Part shown: positions 58,728 to 64,000 of the stretch, one piece after another
Position numbering within the stretch: the first letter of the stretch is position 1
Layout: every line of letters begins with the position of its first letter
Source of the DNA: Paramecium tetraurelia
Taxonomy: Eukaryota
Length of the DNA: 64,000 bases
Assembly (NCBI GenBank): GCA_000165425.1
Contig: CT868052.1
Span: forward strand, 186,001 to 250,000
Direction: 5' to 3'
Program-made: the position numbers and the translations under genes
The notes under the pieces: model-generated
Database searches by the model: none
Seen by the model: the letters and a program-made list of their open reading frames with translations, nothing else
What the model was told of the DNA's origin: nothing

Positions 58728-60101
58728 TCAGACATTAAATTCAAGTCCTTGATAAGCCGACTTGACAAATGGTCTTTATTTTGACAATATTTCTGTTTTT
58801 TAGTTTAACTATAAATTATCCTCTTCTTATTATTATTACTATTATTCAGTTTTTATTCTTCGAGATTAATCATAACCTTTAACAAATATTTATTTAAAAA
58901 AGTTAAGATTCTCCTCCTGTCTCCTTTGCATTCCAATCATCTAATCCAACTTATTCATAAGTAAATTTCGTTCCTAATAAATTTATTATATCAATACCTC
59001 AGCACTGTAGTCTGATTCCTTCTAAAATTTTGTTAAATTTTCAAATAAAAATCTATTTTATAACTCTAATTCTTCAGATTTTTTCTTCAAAATTTACACT
59101 TGAAAAACTAATTGATCAATTTTACTCTCCAGCTTTTTCTAGGTTAGATAACTTTATGTATTGATTATAAATTCTTCCTCTTTTACATTCTATTACTTAT
59201 ATATTTTATTCTAATTTATACAATCCTTTGAATATCTCAAAATGTCTAATCTAGATCTTGATGATTAAGAGTCAACTGATTTGCTCCTTTGAGTAATCTC
59301 TTATTTAAACAGCTTTTCACTCTCTTAATGATCATATTTATGATAATCATATTATTGCTTTTTTTGTGTTTTTTATAATTCTTCAAATGCATTATTTTAT
59401 CTGATATCTTTTCTTAACTCGTTTAATTTTTCCTTAAACTCTTATAATGTAATTTATTGTGCACATATGTTGATTGGGGTAGGGAAGTTTTTTAGAGAGA
59501 ATGAACCTTTAGAATTTTTTAGTTTCTAATCAGGGTTATTAACAAGTTAAACAGTCGATGAACATTCGATCAAACCTCCTTTCTAAGCAAAATACACTTG
59601 ATCATTTAGATTGCCGTATGAATTAAACTTCTTTTTGCCATTATTTTTTAATAGACGGTCTTACCGTGATTGTTATTATGCTTATAATTATTGAAAATCA
59701 GCGCTTTGATTTCTTTAATTCCTTGATTATCTTTTGTATTGTGCGTGATTCATATTTGTATTTAGTAAGTTAGAGATTACTTTTGCTTAAGAACTCATAT
59801 TTCTTTAAGGGGGGGATGCTGATTATCCATACGGATTATTTTTTGTTGGAGATGCAGATGTATGTACTTTTAACTGATTTTCATTTCCTTCTGTAAATAT
59901 TCTGGTCTTGGAATTATTTTTATTGAGAGATTTAGAGGTTCCTAATAGTAATTTTTTTAACATTTTCAAACATGATAATTATTATAATATCTAATTATTA
60001 GGATATCTGGATTAATATTGGTTACCACTTTTTTTTTATGTTTCATTACTTTTAGAATTTGAAGCAGTTTTTCTATGATTTTGATTTTATGTACTAAACA
60101 T
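58728..60101 (-). CDS. Hypothetical coiled-coil protein
   Basis: MFSTQNQNHRKTAS..., Ser/Pro-rich head then heptads, ends KSAYQGLEFNV*. Confidence 0.6.
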
Positions 60102-60568
60102 TAAATAATTTACAACAGCTTATAAAAATAAATTATTGAAATTTTGAGAATTTCAATACTTTTAAGATTATAGGTAGACCACTGCTAATTTTAGATGGTG
60201 AGGATGTAAATTTTATTAAAGATAATCATAAAAATAAATAATAATTTTATTATACTTTCATTTTTGATTAAAATAATTGATAATGTGAATACTTGTAGCA
60301 CAGGTATAAGAATAATTATTAAGGCATTTGTCTTTAAACAAAATATCTTTTAATATATTAAAGAATCCTCATTTAGAAATATAATATAATTTTAACTGAA
60401 TAATACAATAAATGTAGTTCAACATAAATTTGAAAAAGATTTCTGAAATATATATCCTCTAGAGGGGTATCTAAAAGAAAAAGAAGGGCGAGAATTTTAG
60501 ATTTAAACTCTAAGCATAAAAATGGATGATGAAGGTTTTAGTTGATAAAATTGATTATAAATTATTTA

Positions 60569-62027
60569 ATGATTAAATTTTCTTTTTTTCATTTGAGAAA
60601 TCCCTTTATTCATCGAATAAATTTCTCAAGTTCCACAGCTAAAGCCAAACAACAAGTGTTAACAAAATAATAAGAGTAATTTGTTAATGAACTTAAAAAT
60701 ACTTATAAGTCATTAGCCGATAATTTATAAAGTATTTTATGAAAATAAAAAATTTAAGGTGAGGAATCTGTGCTAAATTTATTTAAGAAGGATTCAGAAG
60801 AAGAAAAGTCAGAGTAAAAAGGGTCTCCAAATGAAAAAGCTGTAATTGCTTAATATATGAATATTCTAAACTACAGGTATAAGGATTGAAAATATGGCTA
60901 GTTTTGCTTAGTACTATTAAAGTTTAAGTCCAGAGGAGTAATTAAAAAGAAGTAAGGAAATAATAAAGTCTGATGCATTAAAAAAAGATTGGGACACATT
61001 TCTGAAGGAAAATAGAGATTATTAAGATTATTCACTTTTCGATAAAAATCTTCTTGCAATTAAATATAGTCATAAAGACTCTGATCCTCGTGATGCTAAA
61101 TATAAAAACAATTTGAATTTTTATGGTGATTTGGATGAAAATGTTTATGAAAGACAACAGAAGGAAAATATATATAGTTTCATATATCAAAATCCTGAAA
61201 ATAAAAAAGTAGCTAGGAAAATGCCAGAAAGGAGAAAAATAAGGCTTGCATTTAGGTATCGAAGAGCTAGAAGAGCTGCTAGAGCCAGGGAATTAATTTC
61301 TAGGAAAGTAAAGGATAATTAAAAATGGTTATTAAATCGAAAAAACTTTTCTAAAAAAAGACGTAGAAGAGTTATTGCTCCTAAATTATCATTCAGAGCA
61401 AAATTTCAATTGTTTGGATTATTTAATGAGGGTTGGACAGTTAGAGATTTATCTATTAAATATGGAATTATGCCATATAGAGTAAAGGCAATAATCTACT
61501 AAAAAAGATACTTTTTTGATGAAGTCTTTCCTCATCTTCCTTTTGAATATGTAAGGGATTTGATTGCAATTGAATTATATTTTGAAAAATAATTTGGAGC
61601 AGTAGATTACGGTGTTGATTTATAGTAAATGAGAAAGGTTGAGTCAGGATATTTGTAGACAAAGTATTTAATTAAATGTAATTTATGATAGTTTCAAGAC
61701 TCCTGATAGGAATGTTGATATAGCAAAATTATCAGAGAAAGAATAAGAAAGAATAAAGAAATTATTTGAAGAAAAGAAATCAAAGAAATACGATATTGTA
61801 ACAGAAAACTTTTAAGGATAAGGAAATAAGGGGTATGAAGATCAAACTATTTAAGTTATTATTTGAAATCTTGGATCATGCATAAAACACGTTCTAGACA
61901 TAGTGTCAATAGAATATTTGAAAGAATAATTAAGGATAGTGATAAGCCTTACAAATTGCCAGTGACAGCATAAGCCAGATTAAAAGAAGGTCCTCGTATT
62001 GCAAGCACTCATTTTGGTCAAAAGTGA
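60569..62027 (+). CDS. Mitochondrial protein, probable small-subunit ribosomal protein mS45 (Bot1p-like)
   Basis: Presequence-like MIKFSFFHLRNPFIHRINFSS, then PKLSFRAKFQLF..GWTVRDLSIKYGIMPYRVKAII, resembling the Bot1p/mS45 helix-turn-helix core. Confidence 0.55.
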
Positions 62028-62167
62028 GAATAGTATTTTAAGAAAATATATAAACATATATACCCAATTTAAATACTTTTTAAGGTCCTTCTCTGTTTAT
62101 AAATTTAAAAAGAAGCTATATCCTTACAAGAGAGATTTTGATTAAAAATAGTAATAATTATTAATAT

Positions 62168-62913
62168 ATGGGTTAATCATCAATCACAGTTATTGATCCA
62201 AATTAAAATAACAATTACTAAAGATAAAACTCAGTCTAAGAAGTTGAGGATTAAATAAAGCGAGCATTCAAATAGGCTTCCTCTTAAGGAAGATTAACGA
62301 GGGACAAATTTAATGAAGCACTAGGAATATTTGAAAGCATGTAATTGAAAAGGTTGAGAGATAGTCCTTTAGCTGATAGGCTATTTTAGTTATTAGATAA
62401 GGTAAAATATGCATATAGGTTTAGAATGAGGAGGGATATATAACAGAAAAAGAATACTTGGAAGGCATCACAACATTAATAAATAACAAGGATAAAAGGA
62501 TTTTGTGTAATTTTATATATGGATAAAGTAGATTCCTTTTAGATGATTGACAAAAACAAAGACAATAAAATAGAATTCTAAGAGTTTTATGATTTTGTGA
62601 AGGAGAGTTGGTTGAGTGCTTTTAGATTATTGGGTGAAAAGGTATGTTCAGGACAGAATTAATACCAATTGACATAATCAAAAATAAATTCTTGGGCCTA
62701 AGGACAATTAAACAAGCTTTACAATTACGTCTAAGAGATTTTCATGAAGTTTGCATAATAGAGTGTATTCTATAATTTTAATATTAGTAATCGATGGACC
62801 CTATAGTGTTTAAATCTTGGGTGATGAGCAATGATTTTGGGTTTATCAAGGCAGAATTGGGAAATGAATCAGTCTAGATTCCTCTTCATTTATACAGGTT
62901 GGAAGAAAAGTGA
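62168..62913 (+). CDS. Myristoylated EF-hand protein (calcineurin-B/NCS-like)
   Basis: MGQSS N-terminus, LRDSPLADRLFQLLD, EF-hand DKNKDNKIEFQEF. Confidence 0.75.
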
Positions 62914-62941
62914 AATAATAAATAATTAATCTATAAATATT

Positions 62942-64000
62942 ATGTATTGTGCAGATAATTATATAAGTTGCACAATCATTTACGTTTTGAACATATTTGG
63001 CTTGCTTTTGGTTTTGGGGATATTGTTCAAAAACAGGGAATATTATGTAAGAGAATGGAAAAGAATAAGACAAGTCATTAAGGATTACACTATGTAAGAA
63101 AAAGTAATAAGATTATCATAGAGATTATCGAAGTGATGGAAATCTCCCAATATTTGCAAAGTTTGTAGGTGTATTAATGGGTTTTAGCATCTTAATAATA
63201 GCAAGCATAGTTTCTGTATTAAATTTCATATATATCAAAGATAATTATGTGGGACATGAGTTTCGGATTTATGGAAATTTCCAATATATTTGTATGGACT
63301 TTATGTGCATTCCTATTTTACATCGATTATCGTTCTATTTTCAAATTTTCTAAGTATTAAATTCCTTATAATTCAGACAATTGCGTCTGGCTTTAGCCAT
63401 TATATTGATTATTTAGTTGTCTTCAGGCATAGTATTTGGAATAGAGAGGAACTTAGAAAAGGAAAATAGGGGATTTGATGAATTAACCGTTGAAGCATCA
63501 GTTTATTTATGCAATTTCGTAATCATGCTTGTTATTAATGTAATAAGCCTATTCTTTCCAAAGTTTGATTATTAAAAGGTTAGCAAGAATAGCGATGACA
63601 ATATATTTATCAGAGTCAATAGTTTACAACAACATTTGGTGAATGATGATTCACTATCTTCATCAAGTTCTAGAAATAATTCAATTGTCACTCCAAATCA
63701 AAGACAATCAATATCTAAGACCCCAAAGAGAAGCTAATCATTTTTAGATTAGTTAGAGGAATTAACCAAAGAGGAGGGATCTTAAAGTTCCATAGGATCA
63801 GGCATACAAAAATAAAAATAGGAATAATCAGGAATAATAGATACAACTTATGGGTTAAAGAAGGAAGATGAGGCTATTTAAAAGGAGAAAGAACAAAAAG
63901 AATTGATGAGTTAAATTATGGATATGCACAAATAGTTAGATGAAAAGTTAAACAAATTAAAATAGGATAATGAAGTCAATTAATAGTAATAAAAATTACC
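62942..64000 (+). CDS. Multi-pass membrane protein with coiled-coil tail (runs off window end)
   Basis: MYCADNYISCTIIYVLNIFGLLLVLGIL plus about four further hydrophobic helices, then a Ser-rich and coiled-coil region still open at the window edge. Confidence 0.65.

Noticed and set aside
60285..60475. Short hairpins ATACTTGT/ACAGGTAT and the palindrome CCTCTAGAGG
   Set aside because: Too short and isolated. Expected by chance.

Overview
This is AT-rich, gene-dense eukaryotic DNA, most likely a Paramecium macronuclear chromosome segment. Coding frames only read through if TAA/TAG = Gln and TGA is the sole stop (ciliate code 6), and genes are split by many ~20-30 nt GT..AG introns. The supplied standard-code ORF track is therefore fragmentary, and several of its ORFs are antisense artefacts. 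Hand translation gives about 40 protein genes. Recognisable ones are a cytochrome P450 (partial), a dCache membrane protein, two TPR proteins, a CTD/NIF phosphatase, a PX protein, Arp2/3 subunits ARPC1 and ARPC3, two CDPKs, a RAD5-like SNF2 helicase, a tandem-FHA protein, a WD40 protein, LC8 dynein light chain, two RING-H2 membrane ligases, an AGC kinase, a DPB4/POLE3-like histone-fold protein, EEF1AKMT1, PA2G4/EBP1, an H-type lectin, insulysin, MON2, a Myb factor, SF-assemblin, PP2A catalytic subunit, a DYRK2-class kinase, an mS45-like mitoribosomal protein and a myristoylated EF-hand protein. There is also a decayed TTLL pseudogene. The most unusual items are a ~270 nt three-hairpin structured element between two divergent genes (43235-43500, candidate ncRNA) and ORFs with in-frame TGA codons at positions where Trp would fit, notably 11343-11879. 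Coordinates are manual and intron boundaries were not fully verified for the long genes.
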